A DNA stretch of 64,000 bases. Origin: Callorhinchus milii. Its lineage: Eukaryota. The notes beneath the pieces were generated by a model. It was not told the DNA's origin. It searched no databases and saw only the letters and a program-made list of their open reading frames with translations. The position numbers were made by a program, and so were the translations under genes. Positions 26,790-39,972 of the stretch are shown here, in pieces. Each line of letters begins with the position of its first letter. Within the stretch, counting starts at the first letter, position 1. The stretch is from the NCBI RefSeq assembly GCF_018977255.1, contig NW_024704743.1, forward strand, positions 2,544,001 through 2,608,000, given 5' to 3'.

Positions 26790-29700
26790 GTAGGGGGTTG
26801 GAGCCTGTGAATAAATACAACTGTAAAATTTGCTTACGTGTACCCGTTCACAATTGTATGGTTTACTTAGCCCCAAGTTCCTCATTCTTAAAAACAAATG
26901 TTAAATTGAAAACGCGTAAGGTTTTTAACATTCTCTCATGATTTGATGTCTTTACTGAATCACTACAGTGATGATGCTTGAAGGTCACTAGGTTTAGAGA
27001 AGAGCTGCTTCTGTGATGGTTGAAGATGGGAGCCTGAGGGATCGTGGGATAAAAATGGCAAAGTTTCTTACAAGATTCAATGTCCTATTATGTAAAAACT
27101 GCAGCAAATTTACATTTATAATGTGTCTTTCATATCGGAAGGATGTCCCGAGGTGCATGGCAGTCCTGGCTTGATAACTGAGCTGGGGGTGGGAGCCAAG
27201 GGAGGTGGCAGTTTTTGGGACACTGCTGTTCGCAATTGGCTGCCACATTTCACCCACAAAATAGAGTAAATTCCTGGTGATCAACATCCTTTATAAACAG
27301 TGAAATCTTGCTATTCAGTTAGTTTTGCCTTTTATAAGGTTTCCTCGTTGGTGTTTGGGAATTTGGTCATCGGTTTCAAATGACAAGAAACTAGATTGAA
27401 AAGTGTCCTGAATTACCCTGATTACTGAGGTTTCCACAAGGTGAGGCTGCAATGTATTTTAATATGTGAAAGTGCCAGAAGTGTCGCAAATGAAGTATGT
27501 GAATTTTCATTAGGGAAAACATTGTAAATGGCAAGGGACAAGAACACCAGCAGTCACCTGAAGCCGCTCACTTCAAGTTAGCATAAAATAAACGCATTTT
27601 CAAAATTGAATGTTAGATTTATAGGTTTTTTTTATTGACCCATAACTCAGTAATGTTCACTGCAAGTCATCAGCCATCTCTATTTTTTATTGCTTCTTTT
27701 GTTAAAGCAGAACAAAGCTATCTATTTAATTGAAAGAAGTTAATTGAATGAAAATGATCAACTAAGCTTGTATTAATATTGCTAATGGAAGATCCTGCAT
27801 GGCTGTGTTTGGAAAGCAATGTCATGCTGGAGTTTTTGCAGGCACCCATTAATGCCTGCACTTAACCTGATGGGCTAATTAAGGAATGCTTATTCATTCT
27901 ACAAGTCAGGGATAGCTGCTAGTCAAACCAATCTGCTTATTCTTTATAATGTATGGCACTTAAAGAAAGCTGTTAGTCCTGGCAGGCTTAGTAACTGATG
28001 ATGATTTGATTGAGATAAATACAGTGTTAATATATTAGTAAAATTAATATAATAATTTGGAAGAATGATGAAGCACTGGCAAAATAAATTTGTGTTTTTG
28101 ACCGATTTTAGTCAATTTATATGTAGCAATTAAGTCGGAGTTCGATTTGATTTACAAGTGCTTCCTGCCTTGATGTCGCTCTGTGCTCAGAAATGGGTTG
28201 TTTTTAAACTTGATAGTTCTCCAAATTAGACTAAAGATAATTTAGACGGTCTCCTGGTGCTTGCTGCAGATGCAGAATTGTGTATGTGTGTTCTTGCAAG
28301 AGATGCTGAAGTAAGCAGCCACTTGCTAATTGATATGGTCAGCCATTTACAGACAATTTGAGCCATTTGTCTTTTAAACTATTCAAATGACAGAGTGATA
28401 AAGTAATATCCAAATCAGAATTAATTGAAGTATTGATGGATAATGGATAATTATACCTTTCCCTCCAGATTTTAAGCTCTGGTAGCTTGCACAATAGATA
28501 GCTGGACTATAACTTGGTATTAGTGATGTGTCAGCATGAAATGCGTTTAAATAATGTCTTATAATTCAAAATAAACAACGAGAAATTTCTGTACATTTCT
28601 GAAGGTGATAAAATGTTTACCTTATTCTGGAAAGTACTGGATCCCCAGAGTGTGGTCATTGGGGTAAAGCTGTGGCTTAATCGGCTAAAATAATAACAAT
28701 CCTTGCATTTGATATAGTGCTTGATCACACCTTAGAGACGTCTCAAAGCGCTTCACAGAATATGCTGTAAACTGAATTGATTGTACATTTTGTTGGTGAA
28801 GCTAGTTTAATCAGCTAAAACCATGTAATCTGCCCACGTGAGCACTGCCTGGCAAATATCCTGCTTCTTGTCCCGCTCGCCCAGCCTACCCGTCAGTGCT
28901 TTAGGTTGCATGTTAATAGTGGACGAGTGGGAATCATTAGCCCCCAGCGACCAGTAGGTCTTGCTGACGAGCCGGGCTGGCTACTTTGATGATGGAGGTA
29001 CGCTGGAATCTTGTTGACTTGCCTGGCTCAGGAACCGGATCACCAAAACACTGCTACAGAGGGTTAACATGTGCCATGTTTTAAATAATTGACTAAAGTC
29101 AGTCTGCTTATGGTCCTGTCAACAAGCATTTGATGGCATCATCAAACTCTGTACTTTGCAAGATTGTTGACCTTATGACAAGAATAGAACATGCATTGAC
29201 ATTTTATATTTAGCTCATTAGATAGATGGTTCATGTATGTATTGACTGGTGGATGTGTAGCCTGAGCAACTGAGGCTCCTTCAACCTAAGGTCATTGCTT
29301 TACTCATTGCGTGTGATCTTCAATGCTTATTTAAGCAAAATATGGAGATCTATATGAATTTATATTCTGTAATCCAGTCATAATAATCCAGTACAAAAAA
29401 CTCCACAACCTTTAGAATACCGTTTGTCAATCAAAACGTGGATTAGTTTGAGCACAAGAGTGCGTAAATACTCTTTATAAATTGCAAAATCCTAAAAGAA
29501 TAATCAGAATTGCCACAAACCCAGTATCTTGGTTGAAGTGTCTAATAGTAATAGATACCAATGAGGAACTGTGAGACATTTGGCAACATTCAAGGTTTAG
29601 ATAATTGTGACTCTTTCAGTTGTCATTATTGCGATGTTGTATTCCACATATAAGGTATTTTTCCCTGAAGGATAGTTTGAAAATTTTGACTTGCCATATA

Positions 29701-29904
29701 TTTGAGGATTATCCAAAACAGTAGAAAGCTTCAGTGCTGCAAGATATCACCTATTTCAGAAATAATACAGAATATAAAAACAATTCTGAAACCCTTTGCT
29801 AAGAGGCTTTTGTAACTTGGGCACATCTAAACTGACACTCCAGAGCAATGCTAAGGGTGTTTCTAACATGAAAGGTTCTTTGTCAAATGCAAGGATTATT
29901 GAAA

Positions 29905-30148
29905 AAAAATCTTGCGTTTGATATAGCACCTTTTACGTCTTGAGGGTGTCTTGAAATTGCTCCACAGGAATTAAGTGTAGTGACTGTGTATTCTGTAGGT
30001 GAACAGGGCAGCTAATTTGCACGCAGGAATGCCCCACAAACGGCTATGACCAGTTTTATTTGGGGGATTGTTGGCTCGTAATTGAGGAGAAACTTCCTTC
30101 TCTTTGCTAATTGTACCATGGAATCTCTAACATCCATTTGAATAGACG
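29905..30148 (-). mobile_element. Old Deu-domain SINE, reverse strand
   Basis: Reverse complement resembles the tail and Deu core of the adjacent + copy. Confidence 0.55.
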
Positions 30149-30149
30149 G

Positions 30150-30535
30150 ACTAGTCACTCCACTGTGTCAGAAGGTTGGGGGTTTAAGTCCCTTGTTTGG
30201 ACTTTGAGCTGATAGTCAAGGCTGACTCTCTAATGCATTGTTGGGGTAGCTCTGCATTGTTGGAGGTGCTGTCCTTTGGATCAGACGTTAAACCAGGGTT
30301 CTGCCTGCCTGGTCATGTGAATGTTAAAGATCCCTTTGGCACTATTTGAAAAGATAGGGAGCTTTTCCTGACATCCTGGCCAGGAAACGTCCAAATAAAA
30401 TTGTGGGACATAGCTGTGCGCAAATTGGCTGATATGTTCGCCTACTAATACAGACCCTACACTACAAAGTCAATTCCTCTGAAGTGCTTTGAGATGTTTC
30501 AATGCTGTGATAATTTACCAGATGCAACTATTGTT
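30150..30535 (+). mobile_element. Old Deu-domain SINE
   Basis: gtcagaaggttgggggtttaagtccc...gcattgttggaggtgctgtcctttggatcagacgttaaacc...gttaaagatccctttggcactatttgaa...tgtgggacatagctgtgcgcaaattggctg...gaagtgctttgagatg. Confidence 0.7.
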
Positions 30536-30588
30536 GTTATGATAAAGTATTGTTGCTCATGCCATTTGTTTATGTTATTTTGATGCAG

Positions 30589-30692
30589 GTAATTCAAATT
30601 TAGTGAAAATGCTCAAGTGCAGAGACACAAGAAGACAATTCTGTCCTAATGATCACTGGCTTTCAGATCAAGTTAACATCCGAGCAGATAAG
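30589..30692 (+). CDS. UBE3C: UBE3C coding exon 14 (VI[x]NLVKMLKCRDTRRQFCPNDHWLSDQVNIRADK) with an apparent 1-nt deletion
   Basis: atgcag| acceptor, |gttggt donor, only 104 nt. As written it reads GTA ATT CAA ATT TAG; the shifted frame matches orthologous NLVKMLKxRDTRR. Confidence 0.92.
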
Positions 30693-31081
30693 GTTGGTCA
30701 TTTTTTAGCTAAAGCATTGTTTATTGTATTATAAATTGTAATTTCTCCAGGATAAATTATTTGCTGAATTTTCTTTCCCACTTTGCAGAGTATAATAAGC
30801 ATTGGTGATATATATTGAACTGCAATAGTGTTTAGTGCAGCAATATAATAACAAAATACCTGGAAATTAATGCTTTACTTACTTTAATTACTTCTATTTT
30901 GAAGCTGCTTTGCTTTTCAATACTGAATTGATTATTTGACATCTGTCACTATTTGTCAAAGTAATACTGACCTGTTGATAACCTGACGTTTAAAATAAGA
31001 CGTAAACCACAGATTTCAACCTTAAATTTTAAAATCCTCAAAGGTTGTTGGACTAATAATCACTGCTTTATTTAACACTAG

Positions 31082-31169
31082 GTCACACAGCTGTACGTGC
31101 CTTCAGCAAGACATGTCTGGAGAATGCGCCGAATGGGAAGAATAGGACCATTGCAGTCAACACTGGATG
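31082..31169 (+). CDS. UBE3C: UBE3C coding exon 15 (VTQLYVPSARHVWRMRRMGRIGPLQSTLD)
   Basis: actag| acceptor, 88 nt, |gtaatt donor. Confidence 0.95.
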
Positions 31170-33267
31170 GTAATTGCATTTTTTAAGATGACATATGTTC
31201 ATTCCCTATCTTTTGAAGCTAAGTGGTTTATTTCAGAACTCACTGCTCAATCCGTTAATGGTCTGGAAATTTTTTGGAGAAAGTTATGTCTGTTTCACAG
31301 ACAGGAATGATGGATATTATTAAATACCAGTGACAGGAATACATAGCTTTTATTTTTACACCTTAAAACTCGTCAAAGATGACGAGATTGAATGATGGTG
31401 AAAGAAAAAAATGCATATAAGCGCCTTTTTGTCTTTCCTTATAGTTCTGTACACTGAACAATTTAAATTGGGTTAGTTGTGGGTCATAAACAGTATAATA
31501 AATAGAACCACTGTTTGTTCTGCTCCATTAATAACCTCTTTGGAAGAGACCATATGTGCATTTGCTTCAAAATTTTATTAGGTTTATTGTGCATTTTATA
31601 TAGTGACTTAACACGTCATTTTAGTAGTAAGTCTTCAACAAAATGCTTAGTCTATGTATTTGCCTATTAATGCTAACTACCTCTGAGCAGTTTAATTCTT
31701 AAAAACATGGAACATTTAATTTAAAGGTGCTGACTTAATAAGCACAGATCGCAGATCAGAATTGTTTTAGAATTTTGCTAAATTCTTCCTTTATTGTGAT
31801 TAAAATCCGACTAATATAAAGGTGCAATCAGCTTGTAACCTGAAAATAAATCACTGAAATAAAGGGACAATATTATCTTTACGTGGAAATACATTTCACT
31901 TTATCAGCACGTTGGTTAGACTTTGGGCAAGGCTTTGAGTGATCCCAGGTTCTAGAATATTTCCATGCTTTCCCAACTTTGCCTTCAGTGTTGAAACAAC
32001 TTCTTTGAATGTAGTGCAGAGCTAGCAGTGTGGTGTGAAGCAAGCTGATAACAATGTGTGTATGATTTGTTTAATGCCACTTGACTCCATATGGAATAAA
32101 CCCAATTAGTGTGAAAGTACTATTAAAGCACATATGGCTGTGTTTGTTTGGCCTTTTCATTTACTTAAATGGCAGGCACTAGAATGATAAATAGACAGTG
32201 CATTGACCAGTTGAGCACATATTTCTCTTAAAAGATGGAGAAATGCAGATAAACTTGACTAATTGACCAGAATAATTGAGCTTCAGTAGTAGGTTAGTGG
32301 TTTAGCTTTGCTGTCCAGGCAGTTTTTTTGCTTTAATTGCCTTTAACCCTTTGTTAACTAAGAACAAACAAACCCTGACTTAATAAAGGATCCACGTGAT
32401 GACTACATACAGTTTTTGCATTTTTTTTTCAGGCTCCATAGTTGTATTTACTCAGGCATGTACAAGATGCATTTATACAGTGTCTTTCACGTAAGGAGGA
32501 AGTCTTAAAGTTCTTGACACTGCTTGGCTGGCAAGTAGGCTAGGCTGGGGTGGATTTGATTAAGGTGAAGCTATATTTTTGTGTGGGCAGTATAATTCCC
32601 ATTGTCAATGACATGCAGATATTTCCATGATCACTTGTCAACTGATCACATTTTCTGGTGGTGGGAGGAGATAGGACTGGTTTAAGTGTTGGCCTCTCAA
32701 GTTCCAGATGTGAATTGCAAAATTGACTTACTTTTGCATTGTCAAAGGAACCTTTATTTTCGTCTCTGCTATCTGGTTTGTACTGCTAAGCTGATTCCAT
32801 ATCGAGGGGTTTGTACTTGAGTTTTGATTTTTTTTCAAGTTTGATTTGTTTTGATAGGTGATGACTATCTTTTGGATGTCTGTGTCGTCAATTGTACTCT
32901 TTCTATTAGATTATTATGTTTAGTATTGTTGTTGAAGTGTGTGATTGATGTTTCATTTTCTCAAGTTGTGAATGAAATTTAAATCAAAGTGTGATGTGGG
33001 ATGTCCTCGTGACGTAAAAGGTGCTACACAAATGCAAGTTGTTGTAATCGTTGTGGGGCCTGACTGCAAGTTCTGGCCCAGGATGTTCTTTTTCATGATT
33101 TTAAAATAAGAAATTCTTTAACATGGTATTTAATTATACACAACTCTGTATATTATGTGAATAGTATCGTATCTTCGGTCGTGTCAGTCAGGTTTACCTT
33201 CTACATCTGAAACTATAACTTAAAAACAAAGCTAATGTTCCCCCCACCCCTGTTGTGCTTCTTCCAG

Positions 33268-33365
33268 TTGGTCAAGAACCTGCTCAGTTATCAGTGTCTG
33301 AAGAACGTCACCTGGCTATCTTAACTGAATTACCTTTTGTGGTTCCGTTTGAAGAAAGAGTGAAG
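33268..33365 (+). CDS. UBE3C: UBE3C coding exon 16 (GQEPAQLSVSEERHLAILTELPFVVPFEERVK)
   Basis: cttccag| acceptor, 98 nt, |gtaagg donor. Confidence 0.95.
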
Positions 33366-33964
33366 GTAAGGACAATTCTGCTGCAACCTCTAGATGGTTC
33401 GATGAGGAACCCGCTCAACTCCCTCCAGTGACTAGACTGGTACAATTGCTGCCGAAAGCAAAATCGAGCGAAAAGGACTTTGAGAGTGTTGAGTTGATTT
33501 GCAGCCTGTAAGAAGATAGATAGCTGATCTCAACTGTTGCAGACTCGGTCTATAATTGCCCCGCTGCCTAGTACATAAGGACCCCTTGACTAAAAATGGG
33601 ATTAGACTAAACTGTGGTGTACCGGCTTCCGGCAAAAGCGGAATTAGACTTGGAACAATCAATTTTAATGGGCTGAAAAAATAAGAGTAAATATAAGCAA
33701 TCTGTACATTGCCTAACTTTTGGAGCCTATTGCCTTGTGGATAATGAATGAAACTGGTTGTGTTAGTAAGTCTCAATTTTATAATAAAGGCACTAGAATA
33801 GGAAAACTAAGTGACTGACAAAATGGTTGCGTTATTTACTCGCTAGTATGTGAACTAAAATGATGACAGATTCAGAAAGGTATATGCAGAAAATCAGTCT
33901 GAGTTTGGCACGGTGTGTGTTTGTCAAAATGTAGCTTCATTTCATTTCATGATTTATTTTTCAG

Positions 33965-34097
33965 ATTTTTCAGAGACTTATCTTCGCTGACAAACAGGAA
34001 ATTCAAGGGGAGGGGCCATTTTTAGACGGGATAAATGTCACCATTCGGCGAAACTATATCTACGAAGATGCCTATGACAAATTGTCACCAGAAAACG
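33965..34097 (+). CDS. UBE3C: UBE3C coding exon 17 (IFQRLIFADKQE...TIRRNYIYEDAYDKLSPEN)
   Basis: ttttcag| acceptor, 133 nt, |gtaggt donor. Confidence 0.95.
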
Positions 34098-35058
34098 GTA
34101 GGTGATTTAACAAGCAAACATTTTCTTTGATTCCTTTTATAATATTTTTCTACATTTAATTGGAGTGCTTTGAGCATAAACAACAAATTTACATTTATAT
34201 AGCACCTTGCTCATCGGGAGGACATCCAAGGGGCTACACAGCCCAGGGTTTGCATTGGAGCTGGCAGTGGGAGCTGGGAGGTTGGTGGTTGGTGGGGGGG
34301 GGGGTTGGAGGAATATGACCAAAGGCGTGGTCAAAAAGGAGGGTTGGAGGATGGAGTTACAGAGAGGGAGGACCAGTTGGCTGAATGTTTCACCACTGAT
34401 GGTAGGGTGGTTGACGTGAAGTGGATGGAGCGAGCTTGGTATTAAGGTTTGAGAAGATCACAGAGATAAGGTGGTGCAATCCTTTCCAGGGATTTATAAT
34501 AATAATAATAATCCTTGCTTTTGATATAGTGCTTTTCACGTCTTCTAGACGTCTCAAAGCACTTCACAGAATATGCTGTAAAGTGAATTAAAGGTGAGGC
34601 TGAAGATCTTGGCAAAGTATTCCTTCTAAACATTTTCTTCTTCAAGGGCAAAATTGTCCTTTTCTGCCTGTAGGAATAAGCAATTTTAGGCTTGGATCTC
34701 AGATTGCAATATGTGGCAACAAAGGCTTGAGGTGTTTTGCTTCCAAGGGGAATTGTTCTACTTCGATGCTGTTCTACCATTGGTGCCTGTATGATGAGCA
34801 GCAATGCTGTGGTGTGAGGGGATAATAGTTTTATTGCCTGCTGAGCTCTGGGCAGGGGACTAAAACAACAGCACAGTGCTCTTCTTCATGCTCCACTCAA
34901 AATATAATACAAAATTGAATTTGTACAGCGTCGGGAGGACTTCCCAAAGCGCTGGAAATAGAAATGAATGGCAAGGCAAACTGTTACTATTAAGAGAAGC
35001 ACATTAACTGTTATATAAAATGATAGGTAAGATTACTTTTAAGATTTCTCCTTTACAG

Positions 35059-35306
35059 AGACTGACCTGAGGAAAAGAATACGTGTCCATTTATTAAATG
35101 CTCACGGTTTGGATGAAGCTGGAATTGATGGTGGAGGAATATTCAGAGAGTTCCTTAATGAACTGCTGAAGACGGGGTTTAACCCAAACCAGGGATTTTT
35201 CAAAACCACAAATGAGGGTCTTCTATACCCGAACCCAGCAGCAAAGATGTTGGTTGGTGATCACTTCACTAGACACTACTACTTTCTGGGGAGAATGCTG
35301 GGAAAG
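35059..35306 (+). CDS. UBE3C: UBE3C coding exon 18 (HECT N-lobe: TDLRKRIRVHLLNAHGLDEAGIDGGGIFREF...FLGRMLGK)
   Basis: tttacag| acceptor, 248 nt, |gtgagt donor. Confidence 0.96.
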
Positions 35307-38300
35307 GTGAGTGTCATTTTGTGACTTTCCTGGGGATCTAAGCGTCTCAGTGAAATAAGCGGACCTTTCCATTTGTTTTGGGGTTCACCTCCTTCAAGAC
35401 CCATCTCAAGACCCTCCTCTTCGAACGTGCCTTTGGTTACCCTCCTAACCCTACCCTCCTCGCTCTCCACCCCTCCTGATCCCAACCACCAGCTCGGATG
35501 CATATCCCTGTTTGTCCAGCATCTTGGGATGTCCTCCTGATGTTAATATAATAGTAATAATATTCCTTGCATTTGAAATAGTGTCTTATCACGTCTCGGA
35601 AAGCGCTTCACAGAATATACTGTAAGGCACCTATACGAATGTAAGCTGTTTTATAGGGAAGCGATCAAACTGTTCTTTGTTCAAGCCCATTTCAAGAAAC
35701 CATGTGCAGGCGTAACAGGCAAACCCTTTTTTTCCCCTTTTGGAAAGACTGCTCTCTGTTTGAATATTATCATGTTAAATAGGCTTTTGCACACTATATT
35801 TTGTGCGCACAGAATAATTCTATTCTGATTGCAATTGAAGAGGATGTAGATGGTACATGCTATGTGTATGGACTTCATTGCCTGCAGTATTTTAATATTA
35901 AACCTATGAGCAAAAATTGCCTTTTAGGAGGAAATTCATTAGCACCCATATTTATTAAATTATCATGAACTCAAATATTCTATAACGCACGTACCACGAT
36001 TGTTCAGTGTGCTGCAGTCCACTAAGGTCTTTATAGCTTTCAGCCAAAGGGATTACCTCATGTCACTGGCCACTTCTGGATTAAGCTTTCCATTAGGAGA
36101 TGATTCTTGATTCTGTTTGTATAGTAATTGCATTTTGTTGGCTTTAAATCAGCCAACCAGGAGGAACATAAATAAGCAGTGAAAATATGTGGTAATAGCA
36201 TGTTTCACAGTTTGGGAAACCTTCAGGTTATCGCCCTTGATTTATCATGTAATAAGGTAAATTCCATTTTGCATGCGACTCGCTTAGTAATGTCTAGTCA
36301 GCTCGTTTGAATATAACATAGCTGTCTTGTTTGTTTTCTAAGTGCATTTGTGTTCGATTGACCCATGGCCATTCAGAATTGTTGGCAATTAAGAGAATAT
36401 TGCTATGATAGGCTGTAAAGTGGAGTGACTAAATTTGTGGGCGAGTGAGAGTAATGGGTATCAGATGTCTCGTGTGAATCAGATTATTGAAGATGGAGGT
36501 AGGGAGTTTTGACAAGAGAGCTTTGGAAAACTTTATCCTCACGGTGACCTGATTACTTAAAACAAAAAGCCAAATTTAAAAGCGCTCCCATTTTTAATGG
36601 TTCTGATGTAGCTGAATAATTAAATATAGGAATATGTTGAAAGGTTCCACAATGACAACACTTCAGAAGCAGGTTTATCTTATTCTCTTCGACCATGCCT
36701 TCGGTCACCCCCCTTCTCCCCTCCCTTCTCCTTCCCTGACTCCAGCTCGGGTCTGAAATGCTGTACACTGTCCAGCACCTTGGGACGTCCTCCCAACGTG
36801 AACGGCGCTATACGAATGTAATCTTGTTGTTGTTGGACTGGTTTAAGGTACAATTTGATTTGACCAAACAGTCACAATGGAAGTAAAACGATCCAATTAA
36901 AATGTTGACAGTAATCAGCGGTGCCAAGTAATGTACCCACACAAAATGTTAGTTCACTCAAGGGAGAAGAATAACAGATTAATAATAATAATCCTTGCAT
37001 TTGATACAGCACCTTATCACATCTTTGAGACGTCTTGAAGCGCTTCACAGAACATATTGTAAAGTGAATTGACTGTATTTTGTGGGGGAAAATAGAGAGA
37101 AGCTACTTCCATGGGTAGGAGCGTTCCTGATGAGAAGACGTAGATAGAAGAACAAAATGAGAAACTTTTTGCACACAGTTGTTGGTACGTGCAATGTCCG
37201 ACCAAGTAAGGTGGTAGAAACAGAGTCCATTCCGCATTTCAAGAGGGAAAATCTGAAGCCAGTTGTGTATTACTGCCACTGTCTCACATGTGTATGAAAT
37301 GCTAAAATTTAGACTTCACTGTCACTAACGTTAACAGTGAGGTCAGTTAGTCATTGGTAAATTATCAATTTAAGTGAAAACGCTTTTAAGCTTCAGTTGG
37401 CTTTTTTTCTATTTCATCTGTGCCTGACTCGTCCAGGCCAAAATTAAATATACTGAACCACTAGATTTCTTGCAGATAAGACAAAAGTATTTTATTTGGT
37501 AAAAATCAGCGATTATTAGGATGAGTTTCATGAAATTCTATGCAAAATGTGCTCCGACTGATGGCCATTCAAGTTGCTCCAACAAAAAATAGATTTTTTT
37601 CTTTATTGATTCTTGATGCTATAAATTACTTAATTGATTTGGCAGCTAACAGATCTTGCTTTTGATATTGTTCACATTTATTTTCCAAATAGCACCACAA
37701 TTTGCATTAATTGCACAAATGCAGCACTTACTATTATTAAAAAGGTTTCCAGCTAAATGAATCCTTTATTCTCAATCATCTTGGCACAATTTTGGGCAGT
37801 AAATACTCATAAAATAGACAGTTGAAATGTACCTTATAGCATTTCTTTATTCTGTTGTTGATGTAGCTTCACAACAGGAACATTAACAGCAAGAGGGCAA
37901 AAGAATATAGATGTTCAAAAATAAGGTTGGTTTGCATATTACAGCATGGAAAGGGTCACATTAGAAATTAATCAACAAAACAACCGACATGCAGGGTTAC
38001 ACAGTTAACCTAAAATAGACTTTAATTTATGCATAAGTGTGTATTTAAAACACCATCCATTTTATTGCATACTGAATAGAAATTGCAGGTTGTGTATGGC
38101 TTGATCGAAAGTGCAGATATTTACAGTGTGTGTAAAAAAAATGTTAATCCATTTAAAATTGAACTTTGCCTTCTAGGAAATTTGTATATATTTATCACTT
38201 ACTTTGAATGTCATCATTGTTTTAGGCCAACTTTAAAATCAAAATGTATATGTATTTCACCGATAAAATACAGTCATTTCACTTTATAGTATATTCCGTG

Positions 38301-38719
38301 AAGCGTTTTGAGACGTCTCAAAGACATGATGAGGCGCTATATCAAATGTAAGGATTATTCTGATTATGTACTCTGATTTAAAGAGCTGCAGGGAATATTC
38401 GGTGAGACATGATACGAAAAATGGGTGAATTAGATTTTTAAAATGTTTATGAGAAAAATGAAACCATAGGAAAATCAAGTCCATGGTGGAGTAACCAAAT
38501 AAGTCTAATTGAATTGTTACAAAAGTAAGAATTATTATCTTAAAAGTGCAAGGATCGAGTAGTGGGGAATGGTGGTTAATAGCAGTATTTATGCGAATAG
38601 TCCCTCCAGTTGACAAGTTACCTGAGATTCTGAGGTATACAGATGCTCTTATCAAATACAAGTATTACTATAAATCTATGAAGTCCTAAAGATCAGATAA
38701 TGACAACTCCAACTTGCCT

Positions 38720-39400
38720 TTATGGAACCACTCCCTCACATAGGGTAACGTCCCTTTTAAGGAGAGCTAGAAATGTTATGGTGGAACAGGATATAAGGGT
38801 GTCAAATTCATCATATCACTTAGAAATCTGCAACGTGTCGAGATCAGTGACTCGATGCCTGTAAGGCACCTGGACTGGATGAGGTGCATCCTGGAATCCA
38901 TAAGGAAATGAATCCGAAAACAGATGAGGATCTGGTTAATTATCTTCGGAGCTCCATAAATGCTATTGAGGGCGAGAATAGCAAATACCTTTCTGATATT
39001 CAAGAGATAGAGTGTGGGGGAGAAGTATACACCAAGTTAGGCAAACTTGATTAGTAGGGAAAATCCTTGAATGTAATAATATTCATCTGTATGGGAAAGT
39101 AACTGTGGGAGGAGTGATCATAGATTTGCAAACAGTAGGTCCTGAGCTGTGAAATTCCTGAATTGGTTTTGAAGTTAAACAAAATTAAGGATTGAAGGCT
39201 ATTGAAGCGCGTACAATTTCAGAAGGAATTTCATAAAAATCTACACAAGACTTGTGATCGTGTTTAAGGTTAATAGCAAATCTGCTGGCTGGCTGGGAAA
39301 GCAGGTGACACGGAAATGACTGCCTGGGAATCATGACGAGTGGAGGGCTCTTTTCTAGGTTCCTGCTTTTAGACCACCTGAAGAACACACAGGGTTCTTC
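38720..39400 (+). mobile_element. Highly degenerate CR1-type LINE fragment
   Basis: Remnants such as gcacctggactggatgaggtgcatcctggaatcc and ggtgtcaaattcatc resemble CR1 ORF2. Confidence 0.35.
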
Positions 39401-39759
39401 ACTGTAACTTACAGATGACACCAAGTGAGCCAGACGATTAACATAACAGTTGTTATTTCTTTGGTATTATTATGGTATTCAGCGATCTGTAGTTGTTTAA
39501 GTGAATGAAGCAAGGAGTAGTGGCTGAACATTGGGTTATATAATTGTAAATTATACAGTATATTAGAACAGGACATGTGCAGGAAAATCAGAATGAAAGT
39601 GGAAGATTTGACCACCATGCTCCATTATTTTATTAGTTTGTGTATTGATTGAATATTGTCTCTAAACAAAAGCGGGAAAGGGTTTGCCAATTTATTTCCA
39701 TCCCACGTCTGATAAAATAAATCCCATTCATTGTGTTTGTGCTTTTCTGTTTACTGCAG

Positions 39760-39972
39760 GCGCTGTATGAAAACATGTTGGTAGAGCTGCCGTTCGCGAG
39801 CTTCTTTCTCTCCAAGCTACTGGGCACAAGCGCCGATGTTGACATTCATCACCTTGCCTCATTAGATCCTGAAATGTACAAGAACCTGCTTTTCTTAAAG
39901 AGCTATGAAGGTGATGTTGAGGAACTTGGACTGAATTTCACAGTGGTCAACAACGAGCTTGGAGAGGCGCAG
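39760..39972 (+). CDS. UBE3C: UBE3C coding exon 19 (ALYENMLVELPFASFFLSKLL...NNELGEAQ)
   Basis: actgcag| acceptor, 213 nt, |gtcagt donor. Confidence 0.96.
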
